Notes under the pieces: model-generated | The model's input: the letters and a program-made list of their open reading frames with translations, nothing else | Told to the model about the DNA's origin: nothing | Databases searched by the model: none | Made by a program: the position numbers and the translations under genes | Source: Octopus sinensis | Lineage: Eukaryota | NCBI RefSeq assembly: GCF_006345805.1 | Contig: NC_043006.1 | Location: 66,712,001-66,776,000, forward strand | DNA length: 64,000 nucleotides | Reading direction: 5' to 3' | Shown here: positions 30,570 through 45,748 of the stretch, in pieces | Layout of the letters: each line of letters opens with the position of its first letter | Position numbering within the stretch: the stretch's first letter is position 1

Positions 30570-31167
30570 TATTATATATTATATATATATATGCATGCAT
30601 ACACATGATACATATATATATATATATATGTATGTATGTATGCATGTATGTATGAATGCATGTATGTATGTATGTATGTATGTATGTACGTATGTATGTA
30701 TGTATGTATATATGTTTGTACGAGTATGTATTATGTGTATGTGTGTGTGTGTGTGTATATATTTATATTATTGTAATCAAGTATAAAATCTATATAAGGT
30801 TTTATCAGGTCGCTAGCATGTAACACGTTTTAGGTATGAATTAATACAAAATTCATAATTTTGAGTTCAACTAATTGGCAGTACCACATGCTAGAAGAAG
30901 ATGTCAAACGACTTTAAAAGTACCTTTTTTATAACATAGACGGAATGAGAGTAAGGGAAATAAACGAAATATATTATTTGTTTTGGCTATTTTAAAAATA
31001 TTATTTTATTCATTTTCCTCGTTGTCAGCCTGTGTCTAAATAAGGCAGTTTTAGAGTTGTTTGTTGACATCTTCTTCCAGCATGTGAAACGACCATGTAG
31101 TTGCCCTTATTATGAATATGCATGCATATAATATATATATAATATATTATATATATATATATAATAT

Positions 31168-31198
<31 letters not shown>

Positions 31199-31256
31199 AT
31201 ATAAATATCTATATATGTGTATTAAATATCTATATGAATATATTGTATATGTATGT

Positions 31257-31299
<43 letters not shown>

Positions 31300-31309
31300 T
31301 ATATATATT

Positions 31310-31925
31310 ATATATACATATAAAACTCAACTTCTGTGTCTGTGTGTATCTGTGTGTGTGTGTCTGTGTTTAACTTCCCGGCACATCTCCTCCAAGCCAA
31401 CAAATTGTAGAACCACCAAAAATGGGTCACTTAAAGTTTAGGCGAATGAAAATTGCACTGCGCTATTTCTGTTCCGAAATTCATCTCGCAAGTGCAAACA
31501 TCGATAATGTGTTTGTTTAGGCCTTATCCCAAGCATTGAATAGTGAACTTTACTCAGTCAGCTGTTTGACGTGAACTGTGTTTACCACGCGTGCAAGCAT
31601 GCGTAAATTGCAATATAAATAAAAAATCAAGATATAAAAACGAATCGCTGTAAACATTGTAGAAATTCGGCAAAGAAATGAATTTTCGGGATGTAACCTG
31701 CATGGTTTTTTTGTATTAATCGTTTGGACTTTGTGAACACATACCAATTGTTTTCATAACATTTTTAACGCTTTGAATTAAATGTGACCATTTTGCGTTG
31801 AGTCTGCAGTTTGAATCACTTTAACCAAATTTTAGGAGGCCGGATTTTTGATCATCACGATACATCGCCAGTGACTCCCTGAAACTCTCCCCTGAAATCC
31901 CCGTTGAGCCGGGCAATACTGCTAG
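31310..31925 (+). mobile_element. Non-autonomous Helitron-like element (~600 bp)
   Basis: TATATAAAA followed by a (TGTG/TCTG) tract at the 5' end. 3' hairpin CCCG-ttgagc-CGGG and CTAG (31922-25) followed by T. The last 19 nt are identical to the end at 254. Confidence 0.7.
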
Positions 31926-31928
31926 TAT

Positions 31929-32020
<92 letters not shown>

Positions 32021-32650
32021 GATATATATATATATTATATATATATATATATATATATGTACATATATATATGTACACATATATATATATGTACAATATA
32101 TATATGTGTTGTTATGTATCTATATATGTATATATATGTATATATAATATGTATGCATATATACATACATATATAGACATGTATATATATTTATTTATGT
32201 ATATATTTCTATCAAAGTTGGACGCTTATTTCTATCAAAAGTAACTTTGATAGAAATAAGCATTCTTGACTGCTATTTCTATTTTTTCGGTATGCGGTCA
32301 AGCAACCTGTTTGCCTGTCCCTTTTTCTTATATACAATATATATACTGAACTTTACAGAAGTTCCTGCCGAATTCTACCAGTAAATAATTGGGGTCTTTT
32401 TAAAAGCCTTTATAGAAATTATTTACTCTTATTATTATATTTATGTATATATATATATATATATTCAATATATATTCATACATATATCTATACACAGACA
32501 AAGAAACTGACAGGCAGACAGAAAGAAGGGAAGAAATAAATAAATAAATAAAGATAGCTAGCTAGCTAGCTAGATAGATAGATGGATAGATAGATAGATA
32601 GACAGATAGATAGATAGATAGATAGATAGAGATAGATGATATAGATAGAT

Positions 32651-32756
<106 letters not shown>

Positions 32757-33002
32757 ATGAACAGGTACGGATATAAATACATGTATATATTTGTAGCAAT
32801 GTGACAGAAAAAATGTAATACTTTACTATTTCACTCTATTTTTTTCTTCACAAAGGAAATATAGATGTCGCTGGAGGCAAATGATTTTTTTCACATAGTC
32901 CTCTGTGTTATATATTATCAGTCTTAAATGTACCACGTTCGTTAGAGACCGAATTTATATACGTGTATATAGAACTTTTATAAATATATACATATAATAT
33001 AC

Positions 33003-33043
<41 letters not shown>

Positions 33044-33189
33044 CATGACAGGTAATAAATGGGGAGAGGTGTCCTTACGAACCTTCAAAATGAATAAGGT
33101 CCAATTATTCGACATGGGAAATTATTGGAATCGTTTTTAACATCACTTTCACTACACTTCATGTCAGAGACATTATTAAACATCTTGTA

Positions 33190-35930
<2,741 letters not shown>

Positions 35931-36524
35931 TACTCTCTCACTCACACCACACACACACACACACAACACACACACACACACACGCGCACACACACACACA
36001 CATATATATATATAGGTACATATATACCGTTGCTATTATGCAAATATGGGGAAACGTTGCTTTTTTAGAAAACGAAGAGAATGCTTTCACCATTCCATAA
36101 CAAAGCCGTTGTACTACATTTTAACAATTTTTGATATCTTGACATCTGAAGCAGCTAGAGATACGATAGTTTAACCTAAAGAACCAGCTGTGTGAATAGC
36201 CTTCCCCACCTCCCAACATCATCACAGCACACCACACTAAACCATACCACAAAATACATCACAACACACCATCACGCACACACTTGTACTGACCACTTCC
36301 CAGCCCCGCATCCATACACCTACACATACACACACGCACACGTCAAGGTCACTAGCGTTCTTCCACACGCATAATACATACTCTCTTATATAGACGCACG
36401 CGCACCTTCCTTTTGGGATCACCACTACTTTGTTATCTCCCCTTCTCCATAGTTCTCCTGTGTGACCCCTCTAACCGGTATTCGCCATGATAGATCGCTA
36501 GCCACGACACATTCTTTATTTTCT

Positions 36525-36650
36525 CTCCTTGTTTCTTTCTGTATTCCTTTCTGTGCTGTGGAAGAGCGTAGGCTCGAAACGTTAAAGATTTTTCACTTTC
36601 CGTGCGTGAAATTAATACATCTGTTTGTTGTCTACACCACCTGTCTTCGT
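36525..36650 (+). mobile_element. Element Y, short repeat with a hammerhead-like motif
   Basis: CTTT..CTGTGGA-A-GAGC gtag GCTC-GAAAC-GTT-AAAG. Homologs at 54914-55040 (-) and 63695-63852 (+). Confidence 0.6.
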
Positions 36651-36744
36651 ATATATATATGTATATATATATGTATATATATATATGTATGTATGTATCT
36701 ATGTATATATATACATACATATATATATATATATACATACATAG

Positions 36745-36784
<40 letters not shown>

Positions 36785-36801
36785 ACATATTTGTATATCT
36801 A

Positions 36802-36868
<67 letters not shown>

Positions 36869-36869
36869 G

Positions 36870-36900
<31 letters not shown>

Positions 36901-36922
36901 ATTATATATATATTATATATAT

Positions 36923-38907
36923 AAGTTATCGAACAAAATTTCGGTCTTCGAACAACATTGCCGAACAGACCCGATCCGCGTTAACCCGTACGAAATCATT
37001 TCTGAGTCGACCACCGTGTTGTATACATTCGTGTTTTGTGCTGTGCTTTTCTTTTCCAATTATATTTTACTGTGCTTTTTCTTTTCAATCTTCATTAGCC
37101 CTTAGTCATTGTGCCAACTAAAGCTAGCAGTTATACTGGTAAAGGAAAAAGAAAATTTTAGAGCAAAACAATTGACGTGAATAAAGAAATCATCGCAAAA
37201 CACGAAAATGGCGCTCGTGTCTCAGTACGGTATGCCTAAATTGAAAATATCTGCTATTCTAAACGATAAGGAAGTGATAAAAGCAGCTGGTGTTGCAAAA
37301 GGTGTGACTGTTGTTAATAAACAAACACCAAAGATATTCGAAGAAGTGGAAAGTTGCTTATTTTTATAAATCAGAAACAGTTAGCAGGTGACAGTATCAG
37401 AGAAGCATTTATTTGTGAAAAAGCATTAGAAATTTATAATGATCTAGTAAAGAAAACCACTAGTCAAGTGCTGAAAAAGGATACTTTTGAATTCAAAGCT
37501 GGTAGAGGCTGGTTCGAGAAATTTAAAAAGCGAAGTGAAATACAGTGAAATTAGGCATGGAGAGGTGGTGAGTTCGAACAAAGAAGCGGCTGAGAAATTT
37601 GTGATTCAGTTTAGTAACTTGATAAAGGAAGGAGGTTATCCCACCCCGCCAGTAGGTCTTTGACGAGGATGGGACAGGATTATTTTGGAAACGAATGCCA
37701 AATAGGACCTATATTACTAAGGAAAAAAAGCGTTGCCTGGGTACAAACCAATGAAAGATAGACTCACTCTTTTGCTATGCTGCAACAGAAATGGCGATTT
37801 CAAGGTCAAGCCATTGCTTGTTTACCATTCCGATAATCCGAGGGTTTTCAAAAGAAAGAATTTTACGAAGAGTAAATTACTTGTTAATACGGCTAATAAT
37901 ATGGGCTAATACGAAGGCTTGTGTAATCAGATGATTTTTTTATTGAATGGTTTCATGAAGTTTTTGCCCCGAATGTTAAAAAATATGTGCAAGAAAAAGC
38001 TTGTCAATAAAATGCCTTCACGTGTTAGACAATGTTCCCGCTCACCCTCCAGGTTTGGAAGATGGCTGAGTTGAACAGTTTGATTTTATTCACGTCAAAT
38101 ACCTGCCACCCATGAATACATCATGGAGGAAATTTGGCCAGACTTTGTACCAGAACGAGGCTTGAAGGTTTTTGAGACAGCTACAAACATTGCTGCTGTT
38201 GAACAGATTGCTATTATTGATGATATTGTCTCTATGGAAGACATTATAGACTTGGATGTCGACTGTGATGATGCTGAAGAGCTGCTAGAAGACCACAGTA
38301 CTGATCTTACCACCGAAATGAATAGCAAAAGACTTTCGCTGAAGAAATGTCTTCTGACTAGGAGGACAGAAAGGAGGATTCCGAAGTTCTTTAGTCAAAG
38401 AAATTTGTGCTAAATGCGGTGAGGTGAAAAGTTTTGTGGAGGAAAATATCACCCTGATACAGTGGTAGCAAATAGAGCAATAGACCCTTTTAATGATAAA
38501 GTCATGTCTCATTTTAGAAAAGGTTTACAACGCAGGCAAAAGCAACCAACAACATTGGAGAGATTTTTACTGAGAGAAATAAGAAAAGAAACCTCAGAGA
38601 AAGATTTAAAAGAGCCAAAGTGGCAGAGAAAGGAAGAAACCCCCGAAAGACATTTACCAGAAGTTTTTATGGAAGAGGACTCCCCTTCTAAGAAATAACA
38701 CTTTTGTGTACTACTTATAGTTTGAATAAATGTTTTTATACCAAAATATATAGTGTAAGCGTGTATATAAACATTCACCTGGGGATTAGAAAAGAATTAA
38801 TTTCTTTCACATTAATTGTAATGGGAAAACATTATTTGGTTTTCGGACATTCCTGTTTTAGAACAGACTTTGAGAACAAATTATTGTCGAGAACCGAGAT
38901 TGCTCTA
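36923..38907 (+). mobile_element. pogo/Tigger-type DNA transposon with transposase pseudogene (about 37125-38698)
   Basis: CENP-B HTH (KEIIAKHENG; ICEKALEIYNDL..FKAGRGWFEKFKKR) and DDE_1 motifs (TGLFWKRMPNRTYI; KDRLTLLLCCN; VLDNVPAHP). Right TIR ..CGAGAACCGAGATTGCTC followed by TA. Left TIR eroded. Confidence 0.9.
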
Positions 38908-38928
38908 TATACATATGTATGTATGTAT

Positions 38929-38982
<54 letters not shown>

Positions 38983-39039
38983 ATATATATATATATAACA
39001 TATATAACACACACACATACATATATATATATATGTATA

Positions 39040-39072
<33 letters not shown>

Positions 39073-39073
39073 G

Positions 39074-39120
<47 letters not shown>

Positions 39121-40344
39121 CTCTCTCTCTATCTATCTATATATATATATATATATATATACACTTATTCAATACTTTCAAGTTGATTCCTAGATGTACT
39201 TTGGAATTCATATACCTACAAGAGCAAGAGACTTATGGGGAAGGAGTGTGAAGGACGTGGAGAGAAGCAGAGGAGCATGGACTAAAAGTGGTGGGCGAGG
39301 AGAAGCGAAGGAGGTGGGGTACGTATAGGAAGAGGGGAAGGATGGAGAAAAAGAGAAGAAGAAAACTTTTTCGAAGACTCTGTTCATTTTTCTAACTAAG
39401 ACATCATCTTTATTTTTTTAATGACATGTCACCTGCTGGAACAGTCATCTCGAATTCTGAGAACGGAAAGGGATATTAATTACTCGATTTTTACATACAC
39501 TTTCTTGTATTGTTTTAGTTTAACTTTCTAACATGAATAAATTACATTTAAAGAAAAGAGTCGTGGACAAAAGAGAAAATGCAAGTATCTCCCCTTCTAC
39601 CACGTCGTTCTGCAAATCAGCTCTTATTGTCGGTAGTAAGAAATGTGACATGAGTTTTCCTGAAACTGAGATTAAAGAGGCACCTTACTGTGTTGCCAAT
39701 TTTCAACGATAACCACAAGTACAAAAATATCACACCCCAAGAAAATCAATTTGAGCGTCTTGTCTCTGTATTCTTGGTGTGAATTTGTGTGTTGAGAAAG
39801 ATCTCGTATCTCGGGAGAGTCATAATGCTAGTAGTAATACTAGTAATAATCACACGCTCTAATCCAGTTTCACTGTTTTATATTATTAGCTATAAATTGG
39901 TGAAATATTTAACCAATTAAACTAATCGATCGATTGATTAGTCGTTTATCTAAGCTTGCCAAAGTATTTTCATCTCGATTTGCAATCTCATCAATCGCAA
40001 GCTTCCCGTGCATACATGCCTGAAGCCGAGCTGGATTAGAGAGGATATGTCACAAATGACTTCGCAAATGGTGACAAACGGACTATCACAAACGTAGTTG
40101 ACTGGCTGATTAAGCTGACGATTAATCAAACAATTAACGAATTAATTGGTTAACTGGTTAAAAATAATGACAACAGCAATAACGACTATAATCAGTAGCC
40201 ACAACAGTAACAAAAACAACTTCTTAAAAAACTCAAAACATTCATTATTTGTTAGGGTAACTCAAATGTGGATTGGCTTAGTAGTCGAAACAATGGGTAA
40301 GCTTACTCATGCCAGACCTAATCCTACTTCCCAGAGAAGAATTG

Positions 40345-40775
40345 AGGGCGGCGAACTGGCAGAAACGTTAGCACGCCGGGCGAAATGCTTAGCGTTATTT
40401 CGCCTGTCTTTACGTTCTGAGTTCAAATTCCACCGAGGTCGACTTTGCCTTTCATGCTTTCGGGGCCGATAAATTAAGCTCCAGTTTCGCACTGGGGTCG
40501 ATGTAATTGACTTAATCCGTTTGTCTGTCCTTGTTTGTCCCCTCTGTGTTTAGCCCCTTGTGGGTAGTAAAGAAATGGGTATTTCGCCTGTCTTTACGTC
40601 CTGAGTTCAAATTCCACCGAGGTCGACTTTGCCTTTCATCCTTTGAGGATCGATAAATTAAGTACCAGTTAAGCACTGGGGTCTATGTAATCGACTTAAT
40701 CCCTTTCTCTGTCCTTGTTTGTCCTCTCTATGTTTAGCCCCTTGTGGGCAATAAAGAAATAGGAACGAGAAAACT
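40345..40775 (+). mobile_element. SINE A with partial internal tandem duplication
   Basis: Head GGGCGGCGAACTGGCAGAAACGTTAG. The body segment TATTTCGCCTGTCTTTACG..TTTAGCCCCTTGTGGG occurs twice. Confidence 0.85.
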
Positions 40776-40894
40776 TAGAAAAGGAATCATTTATAAATGT
40801 GTAGGCAAAGAAGAAATTAGAAGAGTATATAACCAAATCAGAGAGATTTTTGGAAGACGTGTAGAACGAAGGGCAAAATATACGCCTCTTTTGC

Positions 40895-41290
40895 TCTTTT
40901 ACTCGTTCACTTGTTTCAATCAATTGACTGTGGTCATGCTGGAGCAGCGCCTTTAGTCGAGCAAATCTACATAAAACTTATTCTTTGCAAGCCTTGTAGT
41001 TATTCTATCGGTCTCTTTTGCCGAACCACTTAGTAACGGGGACGTAAACACACCAGCATCGGTTGTCAAACGATGTTGGGAGGACAAACACGGACACACA
41101 AACACATACACACACACATACATATATACACGACGGGCTTCTTTCAGTTTCCGTCTACTAAATCCACCCACAAGGCTTTGGTCGACCCGAGGCCATAGCA
41201 GAAGTCACTTGCCCAAGGTGTCACGTAGTGGGACTGAACTCGGGACCATGTTGTTGGCAAGCAAGCTACTTACCACACAGCCACTCCTAC
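40895..41290 (-). mobile_element. SINE B
   Basis: Full reverse-complement match. Confidence 0.85.
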
Positions 41291-42246
41291 GCCTATACAC
41301 ATGATATCGTTCATAGGGAGGAGTGTAAATGAGGTGATATAAAGCGATGTCAGCGATGTCCAACATCTATCTATCTATTTATCTTTCTTCCTTTCTATGT
41401 ATCTTTTTTATATCTATTTATCTATCTATGTTTCTATCTATCTCAGTCTCACTATGCATCTAATCTAGTTTCTTCCCGATGACTGTCCCTCGTCCGAAAA
41501 GTTATGATGCCTTTTCTCAACTTAACAAGCGCTAAACTATTATCATATCTGTGACGTTCGTTCTTCTCGTACTCTTAATATTTGTACTTGGGGATACGTA
41601 CACACATACACACGCACGCTCATAAGTACACACATATATATGTATACATATATATAAGGACATGTCTATATGTATTTGTATATACACGTATCATCATTAC
41701 ACGAAATGTGTTGAATAGGCTTTTCAGATGAATGTATATAAGTGTGAATGTGTTAGAGTGTATGTGTGTGTGTGTGCGTGCGCGTGTTTGTGTTTGTTCG
41801 TGCGTGCTAGCGTGTGTACGCGTACGTATAAAGATATAGTGATGATACTGAAACAAGTCGTTTGATAGGAAAAGAAGAATATTTGATTGATTAAGTATGT
41901 AGGAATTATAAATAGAGGAGATCAATTAGAAGTAAAATTCTTTGAAAATGGGTAGGGATTTACGCAATTTTCAAAGTTCCCTTCCAAAGTAATAAGGCAA
42001 ATCAAAATGCCAATATTAAGGGGTGAGCTGCGGCTGAGTGAGAGGGAACTTTTCTATCTATTGGCATTTGGTTTATTTACCAAACTGAAGGTTGCAAAGT
42101 GGTGGTTGGCGGTTATCGGGATGATGGCGGCGGGGTGGAAGTAAATATTGAAGATGAAATAAAGTGGGTGGAATAGAAATACAAAAAAGGGTTTTGAAAA
42201 TAAATTGTTCAAATCATATATATGTGTGTATGTGTATGTGTGTATG

Positions 42247-42282
<36 letters not shown>

Positions 42283-42421
42283 AATGTGCATGTACATACA
42301 TATATATATATACACCTTTCACTCTCTTTAGGCATTCATGTATGTGTCTGTGTGTGTGCTTGTGTAATATATACATATGTATATATGTATATATGTATGT
42401 ATATGTATGCATATATATATG

Positions 42422-42476
<55 letters not shown>

Positions 42477-42698
42477 GTGTGCATTTATGCATACAAAGAT
42501 ACGTACATACATACACACATATGTACACAGACAGACACACACACATATATATATATGCATATGGAGATAGATAGATAAATAGATAGAGAGTTAGATAGAC
42601 AGGCAGACAGCCAAGTGGCTAGATATAATAAATACATATTTATATATGCATACATTTTTCTTTCAATTTTTCTCTTTCTCTCTCTCCCCCTCTCTCTC

Positions 42699-42735
<37 letters not shown>

Positions 42736-43509
42736 GGACAAATACTACATACGTATAAATTCATATACCTATAAATACATACGTGCATATATATATATAT
42801 ACACACACCTATAATCGACTCATATATATATGTATATACACGTATATTGCACACACACGCATATATATTTATGTTTTTACATATACATATGCATGTGTGT
42901 GTGTGTCTGTGTGTGTGTCTGTGTTTGTACTTGCATGTGTGTGTGTGCGTGCGTGTGTGTGTGTCTGTGTGTCTGTGTCTGTGTGTCTATGTTTGTTCCT
43001 CTAGACATTTATACATGACATATCCTTCTGCTTTGTTTTATAAATCCATATTTTCTCAGATGCTACAGGCAATCTTAAAATCGTTTAAAAATATAAAACA
43101 GCATCAAGAAATTTATATTCCGAAGCGTAAATAATAGAAAGCATAATGTATGCATACATCCATCTACATTTCATTCAAAAGTGACAATGCAAATGGATCC
43201 TTCGTCTGTTTCCACGATGAATATTCTACTGATCGGTCTACTGATCTGCTTGAATTTTAATACAATTGACTGGGTAATCCAATAACACGTGTACCCTTGG
43301 CATAATTATGAGACAGCTTCCTTGTGATCCTATGTGTGATGGGAGCTAACCATTTCAAAAAAACGAAGACGCTGCAGTTCACCTATGCATTCCCCCCAAC
43401 TCAAAATGGGAGATATTTCTCATACATATATACATACATACATATAAATATAAATACATATATTTAATGCATACATTTAAATACATATATAAATACATAT
43501 ATTAATAGA

Positions 43510-43835
43510 GCAGGGGTGGTTGCGTGGTAAGTAGTTTGCATAGGCAACTACATGGTTTCAGGTTCAGTCCTACTGTGTAGTAGTTTGTGTGAGTTGATTT
43601 GGCAGATATAAATTGAAATAAAGCAGTCGTATATATACGTGTGTGTGTGTGTGCGTGTCTATATTTGTTTCCCTACCATCGCTTGACAACCGATGTTGAT
43701 GTGTTTACGTCCCCAGAACTTAGCGGTTTGGCATAAGAGAACGACAGAATAATTACTAGGCTTAGAATGAATAAGTCCTGATTTGTTCGATTAAAGGCGG
43801 TGATCCAATATGGTCGCAGTCACATGACTGAAACA
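43510..43835 (+). mobile_element. SINE B (internally deleted)
   Basis: GGTTGCGTGGTAAGTAG..GGTTCAGTCC..TTGACAACCGATGTTG..GGTCGCAGTC. Confidence 0.75.
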
Positions 43836-43967
43836 AGTATAAATAGATCGAGAGAGAGAGAAAGAGAGAGATACATATATACATATAAACACACTCACAC
43901 ACACATACACACACACTCACAAACATACACACACACTCACAAACACACACGCACAAACATATATATA

Positions 43968-44157
43968 ACCAATTGTAGCGTGGAAGGTGTTTATAAGCCA
44001 TTTAAAAACACAGAAACCGTTAGATTCACTTCAACATTTAAATTTAATTTGCCAAAATATTTTCGTCGCTTTGAAACTGTGACGTATTCAGTGACAAAAT
44101 TCCGTGCTGCACTGAAATTTGAAGAGAATCTGACGGTTTTTGTGTGTTTTTAAATGT
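43968..44157. mobile_element. Second copy of the fold-back element at 9164-9387
   Basis: Same left arm, same central TTCCGTGCTGCAC and the same shortened right arm. Confidence 0.7.
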
Positions 44158-44628
44158 CTCTCCATAATATGTGTGTTTTGTGTGGCGTATGTTTTGTCCG
44201 AGGTCTATACGCTAGAGTTGTTTTCACTCTTATCTCTAGCAACAATGGTACAAATTGGCACCGTCAGTTACTTTAGTAACGATTGCTCTTGTGCCTTTTG
44301 GTTTTAAAATTGCGAATAATCACCTTAATAATTTATAATTTTCACTTAACCATTTTACCGAATCAGCCACTGATTCTTGTAGTATATTCCATAAACTGAC
44401 AAGACGAGTTCCATTAAACCCAAGACAATGGAACATGTGTCAATGATGAGGATTAAATTCAATCCGAATTCATCGATGATTTGCCACTCCTCACTTGCTG
44501 TAGAGAGGTTGTTCTCCTTTGCCAGTCAGTAGATAAGTGATTTGCCCGTGGCCAGGTGATGTTTTAGCTCTTATTTCTAGCAATGCTGGTGCTAATATCC
44601 AGCCCCAGGCACGTTTATATATATATAT

Positions 44629-45440
44629 ATAACATAAGGGACTAAGGCCATCTGAATATGGCTAGGGACAGGGCAGGGTGGTGGGGGTGTTACTGTTGCA
44701 TTTAGCCCCAGGCGAACATCAACGTCGCCAGATAGGCTTGACACCATCACGGCGTCCTTTATCCTGCAAAGGGAGATAATTCCCCGATGAAGCGGAAACC
44801 ACACACGGACCTAGGTTTCAAGGTGTATTGCCTATCATCAACGTGTGGTAGGCCCCCGCTTCCTCGACGAAATCTCACTCTGCAGGATATTTATGTATAG
44901 ATTTTCAAGCAAAATACATTTGCTGATTTCGAAAATCTGTTCGACAGCAATAATAATTCTCTAAATGAGATATAGACAGTAACTGCTCCATAACATAAGG
45001 GACTAAGGCCATCTGAATATGGCTAGGGACAGGGCAGGGTGGTGGGGGTGTTACTGTTGCATTTAGCCCCAGGCGAACATCAACGTCGCCAGATAGGCTT
45101 GACACCATCACGGCGTCCTTTATCCTGCAAAGGGAGATAATTCCCCGATGAAGCGGAAACCACACACGGACCTAGGTTTCAAGGTGTTGATGATAGGCAA
45201 TACACCTTGAAACCTAGGTCCGTGTGTGGTTTCCGCTTCATCGGGGAATTATCTCCCTTTGCAGGATAAAGGCGCCGTGATGGTGTCAAGCCTATCTGGC
45301 GACGTTGATGTTCGCCTGGGGCTAAATGCAACAGTAACACCCCCACCACCCTGCCCTGTCCCTAGCCATATTCAGATGGCCTTAGTCCCTTATGTTATGG
45401 AGCAGTTACTGTCTATATCTCATTTAGAGAATTATTATTG

Positions 45441-45442
<2 letters not shown>
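44629..45442. mobile_element. Retrozyme-like element: 361-bp unit, 1.55 direct copies plus an inverted 241-bp copy, in (TA)n
   Basis: AACATAAGGG recurs at 44631 and 44992. Palindrome arms 44946-45187 and 45202-45442 differ by one indel. Flanked by (TA)n on both sides. Confidence 0.8.
44802..44847 (-). ncRNA. Type I hammerhead ribozyme with palindromic minimal stem III and long extended stem I
   Basis: CACACG-UUGAUGA-U-AGG caauaca CCU-U-GAAAC-CUAG-GUC-CGUGUG. Stem I extends through CGA.GAAGCGG/CCGCUUC.UCG, GAGAU/AUCUC and AUCCUGCA/UGCAGGAU (about 44760-44889). Confidence 0.75.
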
Positions 45443-45482
<40 letters not shown>

Positions 45483-45539
45483 AAAAAAATGAAGAAAAAG
45501 TTTTGAAAACCTTATCATGGAAAAATTAAGACACTTCCT

Positions 45540-45748
45540 ATTCTGGGCACAAGGCCTGAATTTGTGTGGAGCGGGGGCCAGTCGATTAGAAGGACCCCGG
45601 AACGCACCTGGTACTTAATTTATCGACCCCGAAAGGATGAAAAGCAAAGTCGACCTCGGCGGAATTTGAACTCAGAAGGTGAAGGCAGACGAAATACCGC
45701 TAAGCATCTCACCCGGTGTGGTAACGTTTCTGCCAGCTCACCGCCTTA
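45540..45748 (-). mobile_element. SINE A
   Basis: AAAGTCGACCTCGGCGGAATTTGAACTCAG..TTCTGCCAGCTCACCGCC. Confidence 0.85.

Noticed and set aside
39930-40030. Minus-strand open stretch ARLQACMHGKLAIDEIANRDENTLASLDKRL
   Set aside because: Plausible acceptor but no credible donor and no recognised homology.
44782-44812. Plus-strand CCGATGA-AGCG-GAAAC as a second hammerhead
   Set aside because: U4 is missing, there is no stem II and no NUH site. The sequence is explained as part of the extended stem I of the minus-strand ribozyme.
44629-45442. Direct repeats or the 14-bp array at 28.5 kb as CRISPR-like arrays
   Set aside because: No unique spacers, no cas genes, and a eukaryotic context.
44592-45492. 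Repeated ORF VMVSSLSGDVDVRLGLNATVTPPPPCPVPSH..
   Set aside because: It recurs only because the 361-bp unit is repeated, uses non-ATG starts and resembles no known protein. The RNA structure explains the element better.
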